Positions 16,304 through 25,466 of a DNA stretch of 53,623 nucleotides are shown here, one piece after another. Each line of letters begins with the position of its first letter. The stretch's first letter is position 1. The notes under the pieces were generated by a model that did not search any database, was not told the DNA's origin, and saw nothing but the letters and a program-made list of their open reading frames with translations. The stretch is from IMG/VR virus record IMGVR_UViG_2718217807_000001. One strand, written 5' to 3'. Made by a program: the position numbers and the translations under genes. This stretch comes from a virus (Duplodnaviria; Heunggongvirae; Uroviricota; Caudoviricetes).

Positions 16304-16543
16304 ATGAATCACCATCCAGCCCCGCCAATCAAAAACGCTGAAACTGAAGCCTATTGCAAAGAGATGTCAAAAGAGTACGGCAAGCTCCTGAAGAAGCACG
16401 TCGAAGGCTCAACTGAATTTATCCGGGCGCGGATGAAGCTATCCGAGAGCATCATGGAATGGATGGCATCTCGCAACCTCGTTCGCTGGGAGCAGATCGC
16501 TATCGCCGACCGAATCAAATACCTTGCTATGCATACCGCATAA
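16304..16543 (+). CDS. Hypothetical protein
   Basis: AAGGAG RBS. Confidence 0.65.
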   Translation: MNHHPAPPIKNAETEAYCKEMSKEYGKLLKKHVEGSTEFIRARMKLSESIMEWMASRNLVRWEQIAIADRIKYLAMHTA

Positions 16544-16756
16544 CCACCTGCCAGCCGAAAGGCTGGTGGCCACCCTTCAAACACCCTCCGGCCACCGCAA
16601 GGCTAAAACACACTCAATTACCCTCCGGCTGCGGCCAGGCTAACGGCATAGCGCCGTTATTGTTTTCTTACTGCCTTAAACAACTTGTTTATTGCCTTTT
16701 CACCACTGCGATAATTCATTTCATCGAAACAAGATAAACAAACAACAAGTTAAGGA

Positions 16757-17245
16757 ATGCACATGAACCAGTTACTGACCGTCGATACTCGCTTTGGCAC
16801 ATCCACCGCGCTGTTCAATACCATCCATAAACGCTTAATCACTGTGATGTGCGGTGACAAGGACGTGACAGCCAGCCTCTTAGAGTGGGAACGAAATTCA
16901 TTACAGCAGGATCTGGCGAATGGTCACGGGTACACCCAAACCTTTAAAGCCGCACGCGTCGTCTCTGCTGGCTTCGGTACATTCATCTTCCCTCTACACG
17001 GCAGAGACTGTGAGAGCCGCCGCTTTGAAATGGCTACCCAGATCGCAAGCTGGATGGCCGAGACAAGACCGCATCAGGATAGCGATTATCAGGTAAGCGC
17101 AGCCGTCCGCGCAGTGGAGAACAGCGAAAGGTTTACCAACGTTGTTTACGAAGCCGGCCACGACCAATTTAAAATCATCCTTAATGGACGCACCCTGGGG
17201 AAAACGCGGCTCAAGTCCGACATTATCATTCTCGCCGGAAAGTAA
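16757..17245 (+). CDS. Hypothetical protein
   Basis: AAGGA RBS after an operator-promoter cassette. Confidence 0.7.
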   Translation: MHMNQLLTVDTRFGTSTALFNTIHKRLITVMCGDKDVTASLLEWERNSLQQDLANGHGYTQTFKAARVVSAGFGTFIFPLHGRDCESRRFEMATQIASWMAETRPHQDSDYQVSAAVRAVENSERFTNVVYEAGHDQFKIILNGRTLGKTRLKSDIIILAGK

Positions 17246-17706
17246 ACCGGGAAGAAGAGGGGAGACGATGCTCTCCCTTTTCGCCGTTTAAACAGTGCCG
17301 CAGGGGAGCGATAAAAGCCGATATAGGTGAATTTTTCGGGATACGGCTGGGTTTGCATATACAGAACCGTCGGGAGCGCTCCGGTGTCCCGGCTTAGTGT
17401 ATGCTAGGTACTCGGAAGGCGTCGATTTGAGGGGTGGGGAGAGAATGTCTCAAGCCATCTTTACCACTGGAGCGCTTTACCACTGGGTAGCCAGAAAACC
17501 ACTTCAGACAGATCGCTATTATATGGCACTAGTGACGGGGAAAATTTTTTCGCCTTAACAAACTTTAAAACGCGCTGTAACGCATCCTAAGCGTTTTTTA
17601 ATGCTGGCAATATGATTCTTGTCTGTGACCAAAAAGAGCGCTTAGAATCGCTCTGGCGCATCCTGTTTTGTGTCGTGTCTGATAATGGTTAACGTATAAC
17701 GAAAAT

Positions 17707-17827
17707 AGCGCCACTATGGGCGCTTTTCTTTGGTCTGGTATGTCTGGATCACTGGAAACGTAAAAAGCGCCCATAGTGGGCGCTGGTGGCTTTATAGCGG
17801 AAACAAAAAGCGCCCATAGTGGGCGCT
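17707..17827. repeat. Three copies of palindrome AGCGCCCA-TAG-TGGGCGCT
   Basis: 17707-17724 (inverted, one base shorter), 17766-17784 and 17809-17827. Confidence 0.85.
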
Positions 17828-17834
17828 TGTCTGG

Positions 17835-18479
17835 TTACTTGCTGAAGCTGGTAGCTATATGATTAAACAAATCATTTTTAATAAATTTAAATTTTGCCAT
17901 TCCAAACTCAGATTTTCCGCCATCTTTGATTGCTTCCACGATCCCCAGATCACGGAATAACTTGATTAACTGATTTGCTTGCGTATATGTCGCATCTGGT
18001 TTCATCTCGTTATCTTGTTTAGCTTTATTCATTAACTTGAATACTTCCCCATTGCTAAACGTAGTCGGATCTTTCTTGATAATTTCGACCATTGCGAAAA
18101 CGCGTGAGTTAGTAGAAAGCGAGCTATTAAATACACATTTACCAGAAGCCATTGACGCCATCAGATACGCCAGCTTTTCGAGTGCATAGCTATTCGCTAA
18201 TGTTTCGCGGAAAAACAGCTCTGGATCTTTCTTAGCAATCTTAATAGAGAAGTAGAAAACGCCACACTGTTTGTCATCATTCATCGCTGAAAGGATGTTA
18301 TTGTCAAAGTAAGCGCTTTTGGTCTGTGCTGCACGGAGATCCGCTTTATCCTTTTTGGTATCCATGCCAGCATTCAGACGCTCGTTAAACTTGATAGCCA
18401 TTGCTTCAGCGTTTGCGCTCAATTCTTTTGATACAATGATTGCAGCATTCAGAACGTCGATTTTTTTAATCTGTGACAT
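17835..18479 (-). CDS. Hypothetical protein, possible C-terminal winged helix
   Basis: 214-aa ORF with AAGGA RBS. TYTQANQLIKLFRDLGIVE followed by beta-like segments. AT-rich upstream region. Confidence 0.7.
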   Translation of the reverse strand: MSQIKKIDVLNAAIIVSKELSANAEAMAIKFNERLNAGMDTKKDKADLRAAQTKSAYFDNNILSAMNDDKQCGVFYFSIKIAKKDPELFFRETLANSYALEKLAYLMASMASGKCVFNSSLSTNSRVFAMVEIIKKDPTTFSNGEVFKLMNKAKQDNEMKPDATYTQANQLIKLFRDLGIVEAIKDGGKSEFGMAKFKFIKNDLFNHIATSFSK

Positions 18480-18787
18480 AATTTTTTCCTTTATTTAAAT
18501 GTATTGGCTTTCGCCATAATCGAAACGTTTATTTGTTTGTGTCGTTTCGTTGGGTTCTATTATCGACATACGGAAATTTTACGCAAGCGTTTTTTTAAAT
18601 AAAACGCAGAAAAGTAAAGTCCTAGAAATAAACGCAACTACGTGGAAGGTGTTCCCTAAATAAATAATAGGCTAGGGCTTTTACCCTTATATATAATGAG
18701 CTGTGGTGCGGTCGGGGTTAAATTAAATTAGTCAAAACTGGTGCATATAATAATACCGACACTAGGCCGGCATTATTACCTTATATA

Positions 18788-19096
18788 TTATTTTTTCGCG
18801 CTGCCATCGTACCAGTTCTGTATTATTACAGAGTCCGTCTTGTTGTAGATGCAAACCTTACTACTTACATCATCCCCGCAGTTGGCTGCTGTCTCCCCAA
18901 CCACTCTCGACATTTCCGCAACGGCCGCGATCATCGCATAGCACTCTTCTCTTTTCTCTGGTGACGTGCAAATGGTGGCGGACACATTCGTGAGGACCTG
19001 CGCCATTTTTGGACCTTCCTTTGCGAATGAGGTTGCGGCGAACATGAGGCAGGAAAGAGTAAGAGGTACTGCGACAGCTTTATAAATCATCTTCAT
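18788..19096 (-). CDS. Putative secreted protein with four Cys
   Basis: Signal MKMIYKAVAVPLTLSCLMFAATSFA-KE. Confidence 0.6.
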   Translation of the reverse strand: MKMIYKAVAVPLTLSCLMFAATSFAKEGPKMAQVLTNVSATICTSPEKREECYAMIAAVAEMSRVVGETAANCGDDVSSKVCIYNKTDSVIIQNWYDGSAKK

Positions 19097-19110
19097 CTCT
19101 ACTTGATTGC

Positions 19111-19644
19111 TTAAAGGGGGACAATACGGTCGACCCAATCATAGTATAGCTGGATGGTTTTGTTGTTAGAAAGCCTTAAGCCGACTGATTGCTCATTCAT
19201 GCCGGTTGATACACCTTCCAATACTCGGTTATCGGACAGATAGACCCTTATAGGCTTGCCCTGCTGGTATGCGTAACGAATTACCTGAAAGAAGTCTCTG
19301 CCTGAGCGAATGTAGCCATTGTCTTCAAAATCACCACGCCTCAACGTCAGCTGGCCTTTATGGATTGTGTCTACTTCTGAGGCGTCAATCACCTCTGCGG
19401 AGATTATATACTCGGCTGGTATGATGACGCGATTCGCCTTGGCGTCATCAGTAAAGGGTGAGAAGTAGATGCGACTTGACCGTAGGTCGAACCCAGTCAC
19501 TCGCATTGAGAAAGCCTGCCCATCAGCTGCCACGACCCTTACAGGTAATCTTTTGCTCTGGAGATGTTTAAAATACCCCATAGTTAATGAGAGATCTCTT
19601 TCCTTCTCTGCATTAATTCCGTATGTGAAATCTGTCTTGTTCAT
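19111..19644 (-). CDS. Protein with two tandem Sm/Hfq-like domains
   Basis: RLPVRVVAADGQAFSMRVTGFD and GKPIRVYLSDNRVLEGVSTGMNEQSVGL...IQLYYDWVDRIVP parallel Hfq [20 protein letters not shown]...MVYKHAISTVVP. Confidence 0.55.
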   Translation of the reverse strand: MNKTDFTYGINAEKERDLSLTMGYFKHLQSKRLPVRVVAADGQAFSMRVTGFDLRSSRIYFSPFTDDAKANRVIIPAEYIISAEVIDASEVDTIHKGQLTLRRGDFEDNGYIRSGRDFFQVIRYAYQQGKPIRVYLSDNRVLEGVSTGMNEQSVGLRLSNNKTIQLYYDWVDRIVPL

Positions 19645-19708
19645 AATAGCCCGATTTGTTAAATCAAAAGACGTCTTGTTGACGCCTTTGTGTTAATAGT
19701 AATCTTCT

Positions 19709-20062
19709 TTATTTCTTCTTGTTTCTTTCCATTCTCTTCAATATCTCTAAATCTTCGTCGTTCATATCTGAATTGAGAAAAACTTGGGCTATTTTATTTT
19801 GAAGACGATTGCCGAGTATTGTAGACAAATCGTTAAGGAAAAGTTCTGCATTTAAATTTTCAAGAAGGAGATTTATAACACCGGTTTTTGATAATTTTAT
19901 GTTGTCGTTTCGCAACAGTTGCTGAATCTTAATCAATTGTTTGTCAGCAACCGGTGATAGCTTAAGATGGCAACTTATGAACTTCGTGTCATCTTGCTTG
20001 TGCACGTCTCCGCGTTGCTTCGTGATAGCTACGTCTGAGTTGTGCTGAGATTGCTCTTTCAT
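19709..20062 (-). CDS. Hypothetical protein, possible ribbon-helix-helix DNA-binding protein
   Basis: FISCHLKLSPVADKQL...LSKTGVINLLLE strand-helix-helix pattern; AT-rich. Confidence 0.5.
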   Translation of the reverse strand: MKEQSQHNSDVAITKQRGDVHKQDDTKFISCHLKLSPVADKQLIKIQQLLRNDNIKLSKTGVINLLLENLNAELFLNDLSTILGNRLQNKIAQVFLNSDMNDEDLEILKRMERNKKK

Positions 20063-20107
20063 GGTCTTTCCCCCCATAAGTGCCGGTCAAAAGACCGGCC
20101 ATAAACT

Positions 20108-21685
20108 TTAAGACGCGAGAATCGAGAAGTCGAATTTACCATCAATCCCAAGAAGACCTTCCGCAAACCCGGGCGTCGTCTCGATGATGTTTTTCCGCTC
20201 GTAGGAGTGTGACATGAGGTGCTTGTTGGATGTGTCCAGAAAATCTGCAACGAAGCAGACGTTAGCCTGGTTTTTCTTTTTGCGAAGACCTCGCCCCACA
20301 CGCTGTCTAAGCTCCACTTCCGCTTTTCCGCCACCAGCCATGATTACCGATCCTACGCTCGGGACGTCTACACCCACATCCAGAATCGTTGAGCCTATCA
20401 GTACGTCAATCTTTCCTGTAGCAAGTTCAATCAGCTTGGCCGATCGCGTTGCTGCTGAAGATTTCCCATTGATAAAACTCGCTACTAAACCTCTTTGCTC
20501 CAGCATTTCTTTCAGTATCTGCCCGTGTCTTTCATGCCTAACCAGCGTCATGCAGCTTAAACCACATTGTTTAAAGGTCACGGCGGTGTCAACAATCGCG
20601 CTATTTCGAGCCAGATTATATGTGATGCCGAGCTGATATGCCTTCTGATAAGCTGTCGTCATGCTTACACGGAAGTTTACATGTTTGCCTGTTAATTCCT
20701 TGTTAAGCCGTTCAGTATCAGGAACGTAACCGATTTTACGATAAAGGAAAAAGGGTTTTGCCAAAATACCTTTATCAATCAGATATTTTTCAGACACTTT
20801 GATCTCTATTCGACCAGATACGGCCATCAGTCGCATGTTCGCTTCGGTGCTGTCCTTCATGAAGGGCGTTGCTGTCAGCGCTAAACGATAATCCGCATTT
20901 TTACAGAGCCGGGCTATTTCATAGAAGCTTTCGCCTGATGCCTCGTGCGCCTCTTCGAGAATCAGTAGAGATACGTTGGCCAGCATCTTTTTGATGAGTT
21001 CGCGACGGCGAAGGTGGAAGTCGCGCTTCTCTTTGCTTAAATCTCTGCCAGGCTCACTCAGAAAGCTGGAGAGCGTCTGAACAGTCGCCACGTTAATGAA
21101 GCGAGAGAACTTCAGTTCACCAGAGCCGATGACACCAACCTTTTCATTCTCCAGCCATGGCTCGCCATTTGAGGCGCGGTAATCCATTGATTCCTGAAAA
21201 TTTTCCTGCATCTGGTACATGAGCATAGACCGCGTGGTGATAAACAGCGTCATGCGACCAATCCGCGCAGCCGCCTTACACGCGATCTGAGATTTCCCGC
21301 CACCGGTAGCCACTTGCGCGATCATTCCGCCAAAACGAACCAGACGCTCGCACGTTTCATCTTGGTAAGCGTAATCGGGGTTATATGGGAATGGGCTTAC
21401 TACAGGGTTTGGCTTACCGAGAGGCTTGGTGAGTTCTTTCCTGACAAGAGCGCACTTAACTCCAGACCGACCAAGATCCGCAGCGACGGCTCGCGCAAAT
21501 CCCGCAGGAAACACACCGTTAGCCCAGCTGAACATGGTGCTCTGACCATTCCAGCCACTATCGCCGCCACTGTATCGACCGCCATCCACGTCGTAACTAA
21601 GCATTTTCTGTATTTTCAGCTTAACGTCGTCATCTGCTCCTTTGACGATGGCGTTGACTGCGTCAAAAACAATCCTGACTGTCAT
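20108..21685 (-). CDS. Superfamily 2 DEAD/DEAH-like helicase
   Basis: YAYQ Q-motif, ATGGGKS Walker A, LEEAHE, TAT, STILDVGVDVP and QRVGRGLR. Confidence 0.9.
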   Translation of the reverse strand: MTVRIVFDAVNAIVKGADDDVKLKIQKMLSYDVDGGRYSGGDSGWNGQSTMFSWANGVFPAGFARAVAADLGRSGVKCALVRKELTKPLGKPNPVVSPFPYNPDYAYQDETCERLVRFGGMIAQVATGGGKSQIACKAAARIGRMTLFITTRSMLMYQMQENFQESMDYRASNGEPWLENEKVGVIGSGELKFSRFINVATVQTLSSFLSEPGRDLSKEKRDFHLRRRELIKKMLANVSLLILEEAHEASGESFYEIARLCKNADYRLALTATPFMKDSTEANMRLMAVSGRIEIKVSEKYLIDKGILAKPFFLYRKIGYVPDTERLNKELTGKHVNFRVSMTTAYQKAYQLGITYNLARNSAIVDTAVTFKQCGLSCMTLVRHERHGQILKEMLEQRGLVASFINGKSSAATRSAKLIELATGKIDVLIGSTILDVGVDVPSVGSVIMAGGGKAEVELRQRVGRGLRKKKNQANVCFVADFLDTSNKHLMSHSYERKNIIETTPGFAEGLLGIDGKFDFSILAS

Positions 21686-21750
21686 TTTTTAATTTCCTTC
21701 GTGCCTTATTTATGCTAATTGGGTATTCTATATAAGTAACTACTTACTAA

Positions 21751-22464
21751 ATGGATTGTATCAAAAATATGGACATTAAAATCAGTATTTTGACGGTGGA
21801 GACAGCCCAGCTGCGGCCTAACCCCTGGAATACGAATGTTGTCGGTGCGCAAAACTTCGACAAACTGAAAAACTCAATCGACCGCCTCGGTTTCTTCAAG
21901 CCGCTCCTCGTTCGCGATATGGAAGATGGCACCTATCAGATCCTCGGCGGAGAGCACCGCTGGCGTGCCGCTATTGAGCAGGGCATGGCTTCAGTGCCGG
22001 TGACATCAGTGGGCGTCGTTGAGGACAACATCGCTAAGCAAATGTCTCTGGTCGATAACGAGCGTTACGGTGAGGACGATGCGGTCGAGCTTCAGCGTCT
22101 GATTGAGAGTATTCAGGCTGAAATCGACTACTCGCTGGCTGAAATTGCCCCGTATGACGAGGAATTGACGGCAACGCTGGCGCGTGAGTCCCGAATCGAC
22201 CTCGAAGAGCTGGGCTTGCTGGGTGAGGAAGGTGACAGTGTAGCTGAAGCAGACCCACGCGAAACGAAAGAGCGCCTCGGCGTGGAGCACCAGACCATGC
22301 GCTTTAAGGTTTCTTTTGATACCGCTGAAGGTGTCACTGAAATCGTAAAAACCATTATCCGTGAACAGGGCATTAAGACAGGCAGCGACATGGAAGACGC
22401 TGGCGAGGCCCTGGTATGGCTGACTCAATATTACAAGGACGTTGTCGATGGAAAAGTCGTTTAA
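21751..22464 (+). CDS. ParB/Sulfiredoxin N-terminal domain protein
   Basis: LRPNPWNTN, KLKNSIDRLGFFKPLLVR and ILGGEHRWRAA. Start could be 21769. Confidence 0.8.
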   Translation: MDCIKNMDIKISILTVETAQLRPNPWNTNVVGAQNFDKLKNSIDRLGFFKPLLVRDMEDGTYQILGGEHRWRAAIEQGMASVPVTSVGVVEDNIAKQMSLVDNERYGEDDAVELQRLIESIQAEIDYSLAEIAPYDEELTATLARESRIDLEELGLLGEEGDSVAEADPRETKERLGVEHQTMRFKVSFDTAEGVTEIVKTIIREQGIKTGSDMEDAGEALVWLTQYYKDVVDGKVV

Positions 22465-23122
22465 AATTCAATACTTCGACCCGCGCACGCTCATCCCGTA
22501 TGAGAAAAACGCGAAAAAGCATGATGAACGCCAGATCAAAGACCTGGCTGCTGCCATCAAAAGCCGCGGGTTCGACCAGCCAATCACCGTTGATAAGCAT
22601 CGAGTGATCATCACCGGTCACGGCCGACGTGAAGCCGCTCTGCTGGCAGGGCTTGCTACTGTTCCCGTTATCGTTCGTGACGACCTGTCAGAAAGCGCTG
22701 TACGCGCTAAGCGCCTCGAAGACAACCGACTCGCCAGTATCGATTATGACGCAGTTCGTATGCAAGAAGAGCTGACCGAGCTGCTTCAGGACGATGGTAT
22801 CGATATTTACGGTTTTGAGGATCGCGAGCTGAAGGTGTTTATCGAAGATCTCACTGAAAAGATGGCCGATGACACGCTGATTGACGATCTCAACGAAGAG
22901 GCAGAGCGCCAGCGCGAAGAGTACAAGTCGATTACGGAAGAGGTCGCAGGTGGCCGCACTCGTATCGTCGACATTCTGGGCTTTAAAGATGTCCCGACCA
23001 GCGATGCAATCGTGGTAGGTGATTTGCTGGCGTGGATGGAAGACGAAACCGGTCTTATGGGTGAAGCTGCCTTCCTAGCTTATGCTGCGAAAATCTCCGA
23101 AGGAGTGGCGGAGCATGGGTAA
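22448..23122 (+). CDS. Second ParB/Sulfiredoxin N-terminal domain protein
   Basis: LIPYEKNAKKH, GFDQPITVD and IITGHGRREAA, the type often fused or linked to DNA-modifying enzymes. Confidence 0.8.
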   Translation: MEKSFKIQYFDPRTLIPYEKNAKKHDERQIKDLAAAIKSRGFDQPITVDKHRVIITGHGRREAALLAGLATVPVIVRDDLSESAVRAKRLEDNRLASIDYDAVRMQEELTELLQDDGIDIYGFEDRELKVFIEDLTEKMADDTLIDDLNEEAERQREEYKSITEEVAGGRTRIVDILGFKDVPTSDAIVVGDLLAWMEDETGLMGEAAFLAYAAKISEGVAEHG

Positions 23123-23756
23123 GTACCTTATCAACGTTGCCTTTAACACGCGGGTCAATAAAACGATCCGCACGTTGGAGATTGCAGAGTCGTTTGGCCT
23201 GGGTCTGGACGAAAAAGAGTGGACTCTCTATGACAACCTTGAGCTGGATATTGCTCGTGGCGACGTCGTTTACGTGACAGGTCAGTCTGGTTCCGGCAAG
23301 TCCGTCATTCTGCGTGAGCTTCAGGGTTTGATGGCGAAAAACGGTCTGACTGTTGCGTCCATTGATGACTTTGTCTTTCAGGACGACACCAACGTAATAG
23401 ACCAGTTGGGGAAAACCACCAGCGACGCGCTGGGCCTGTTGTCCATGGCTGGCTTGAATGATGCCTATCTGTTTGTGCGGAAGCCGTCTGAGATGTCGGA
23501 CGGTCAAAAGTACCGTCTCAAAATCGCCAAGCTGATTGAGTCCGGGGCTGATGTCTGGGTAGCTGACGAATTTGGGGCCGTTCTTGACCGTGTCACGGCG
23601 CAGGTTGTTGCGTCGAACCTACAGCGTGCCGCTCGTGCTGCCGGTGCAACGGTTATCGTTGCCACCACGCACGAAGATTTAAAGAACGCGCTGCGCCCGT
23701 CTGTGCAGATCACCAAGCACTACAAAGAGCGTGTGAAGGTGGACTATGAGCATTGA
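23115..23756 (+). CDS. Stand-alone ABC-family ATPase
   Basis: GQSGSGKS Walker A, MSDGQKYR signature and VADEFG Walker B. No permease nearby. Confidence 0.85.
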   Translation: MGKYLINVAFNTRVNKTIRTLEIAESFGLGLDEKEWTLYDNLELDIARGDVVYVTGQSGSGKSVILRELQGLMAKNGLTVASIDDFVFQDDTNVIDQLGKTTSDALGLLSMAGLNDAYLFVRKPSEMSDGQKYRLKIAKLIESGADVWVADEFGAVLDRVTAQVVASNLQRAARAAGATVIVATTHEDLKNALRPSVQITKHYKERVKVDYEH

Positions 23757-24303
23757 TGGCAAGGTTTTTCCAATCTTCGAGGGCGCCCAGCTGCGGCGCC
23801 GTTTCACCACTGAAGGCGAATGGCGTGAATGGCTGAGAGCGCACGGTGCATACGGTTTCCGCGTGGCGCCTTATTACAGTCGCTGCGTGGTTGTCTTCGG
23901 CGCCGCTCGTTATGTCGAAACCATGAAACAGCTATACGGAGTGGATGACAGCCAGTTCATTGATGACGTGGGCGGCTGGGTCACTGATATGGGTTACTTC
24001 GAAGCCGATCGCTCAGTGCATGGCGTGTTCCTGCCAGACAGTCAGGACGAGAAAACACTGTGGCATGAGGCATTGCACGTCGCGATGTCGACGGCTGAAT
24101 CTCACGGTGTACATCTGTCCGATCAGGAAGCCATCACCTATCTACAGGGCTACGTCGCGGAAATGCTCGATGCGGCATTTCGTCAGTTTAAGGCTGATAA
24201 GAAAGCCGGTGGTTTGCCCTCGATCGCCTCAATCGCAACGCGAGATCCTCATATGATTTGCCAGGGTGGGTTTGGGGGCGTAAGAAAGGTGATGAAGCGA
24301 TGA
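23746..24303 (+). CDS. Hypothetical protein with HExxH (zincin-like) motif
   Basis: TLWHEALHVAM followed by EAITYLQGY; overlaps both neighbours. Confidence 0.6.
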   Translation: MSIDGKVFPIFEGAQLRRRFTTEGEWREWLRAHGAYGFRVAPYYSRCVVVFGAARYVETMKQLYGVDDSQFIDDVGGWVTDMGYFEADRSVHGVFLPDSQDEKTLWHEALHVAMSTAESHGVHLSDQEAITYLQGYVAEMLDAAFRQFKADKKAGGLPSIASIATRDPHMICQGGFGGVRKVMKR

Positions 24304-25190
24304 ACGATGTAGTTATCACGCGCCACCAGCCTGAAGAGTTTCCACGCCATCTGGATTTCATGGAGCGCATCGTGGTGAAGAGAGGGACGGTAGAGGATTG
24401 GAACGCGCTGAAAGGGTTGCACTACAAAACAGACGGCAAGCCGTTCGCACCGTCCTACTATCGCGCCGAACTTGACGGCCGTCTTATCGGTGTTCTGGTT
24501 ATGGCCTATCCGAAACTGCTACTGGCGCCGCGTCACCGCATGTTCCCAGACATTAAGCCAACGTCGAACACGAAAGAGGCTAATCAGATCTGGGGTAAGC
24601 GCGTGAATCAGGAGTTCGCCGTTGTCAGTCGTCTTGTGGCGGATACGCAGTACCGTGGGCTGGGGCTTTCGTACCGGTTCATGAACATAGCCAGCCGTAT
24701 GCACGACAAGCCGATTCTGGAAGTTCAGTCGTCGATGAGCAAATACAACCCGTTCGCTATGAAAGCAGGGTTCCAGTTTATCAAACCAGAACGACCACGC
24801 TCCTACGAAAGCGCTCTAAAAGTCTTCCAGCGCCATTTCAGAGCTGACCCTGGCGATAACGAGTCTGTGGTGAAAGAGCTGCTTAAAATGGCGGAGGGGC
24901 GCAGGAAACGTGCATTGCATGATCTGGTTGCGAACTACCACAAAAATTCAAGTCTGGCTAAAGCTGGTCGAAACCGCGGGACGACAGTTCAGGATATTGC
25001 TGACTCGCTGACTGACGAGGTCAGCATTGTGAAGCTGCTGAAGGATATTCACACACTGAGCTTCACCAGCCCTCTGTATGGCGTGTACCGGAACCCAGAC
25101 TTCGGTCGCCAACTGCCGGACGTTTTGCCGCTTCTGGCATTTGATAACCAGCCGCTGGATGCGCCGCTGGATTTAACGAAAATTTTGTAA
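24300..25190 (+). CDS. GNAT-fold acetyltransferase-like protein
   Basis: VSRLVADTQYRGLGLS acetyl-CoA binding motif and MSKYNPFAMKAGF. ATGA coupling. Confidence 0.75.
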   Translation: MNDVVITRHQPEEFPRHLDFMERIVVKRGTVEDWNALKGLHYKTDGKPFAPSYYRAELDGRLIGVLVMAYPKLLLAPRHRMFPDIKPTSNTKEANQIWGKRVNQEFAVVSRLVADTQYRGLGLSYRFMNIASRMHDKPILEVQSSMSKYNPFAMKAGFQFIKPERPRSYESALKVFQRHFRADPGDNESVVKELLKMAEGRRKRALHDLVANYHKNSSLAKAGRNRGTTVQDIADSLTDEVSIVKLLKDIHTLSFTSPLYGVYRNPDFGRQLPDVLPLLAFDNQPLDAPLDLTKIL

Positions 25191-25199
25191 GGATACAAA

Positions 25200-25466
25200 A
25201 TGAACCTGACATCGAAGCAAAAAGACATCATCAAAACAATCAGCCTCGGTTATGAGCGTGGGCATCTTCTCGATCTGGATGAGTTGCTGGAGATCCTGCC
25301 ATACCGAACCTCCAAACAGAGTATGCAGTTTTCTCTACGTGCGCTTATCAAAAAGGGACTGGTTGAAAAGCACGACTGTCGGCCGCGGGGCGAAACGCTG
25401 CATCATCGTCGGACGCTGGGGCTGACTATCTTGGGCAGAGCAAAAGCAAAAATGCTGCTGGTGTAG
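25200..25466 (+). CDS. Small winged-helix-like DNA-binding protein
   Basis: LTSKQKDII...SKQSMQFSLRALIKKGLVEK...TLGLTILGR. Confidence 0.6.
   Translation: MNLTSKQKDIIKTISLGYERGHLLDLDELLEILPYRTSKQSMQFSLRALIKKGLVEKHDCRPRGETLHHRRTLGLTILGRAKAKMLLV

Noticed and set aside
21751-23122. Plasmid partition ParB pair
   Set aside because: No adjacent ParA and no obvious HTH after the ParB/Srx domain; the context fits modification-associated ParB-like proteins better.
23115-23756. ABC transporter
   Set aside because: No permease or binding protein nearby; it is coupled to ParB-like and GNAT genes.
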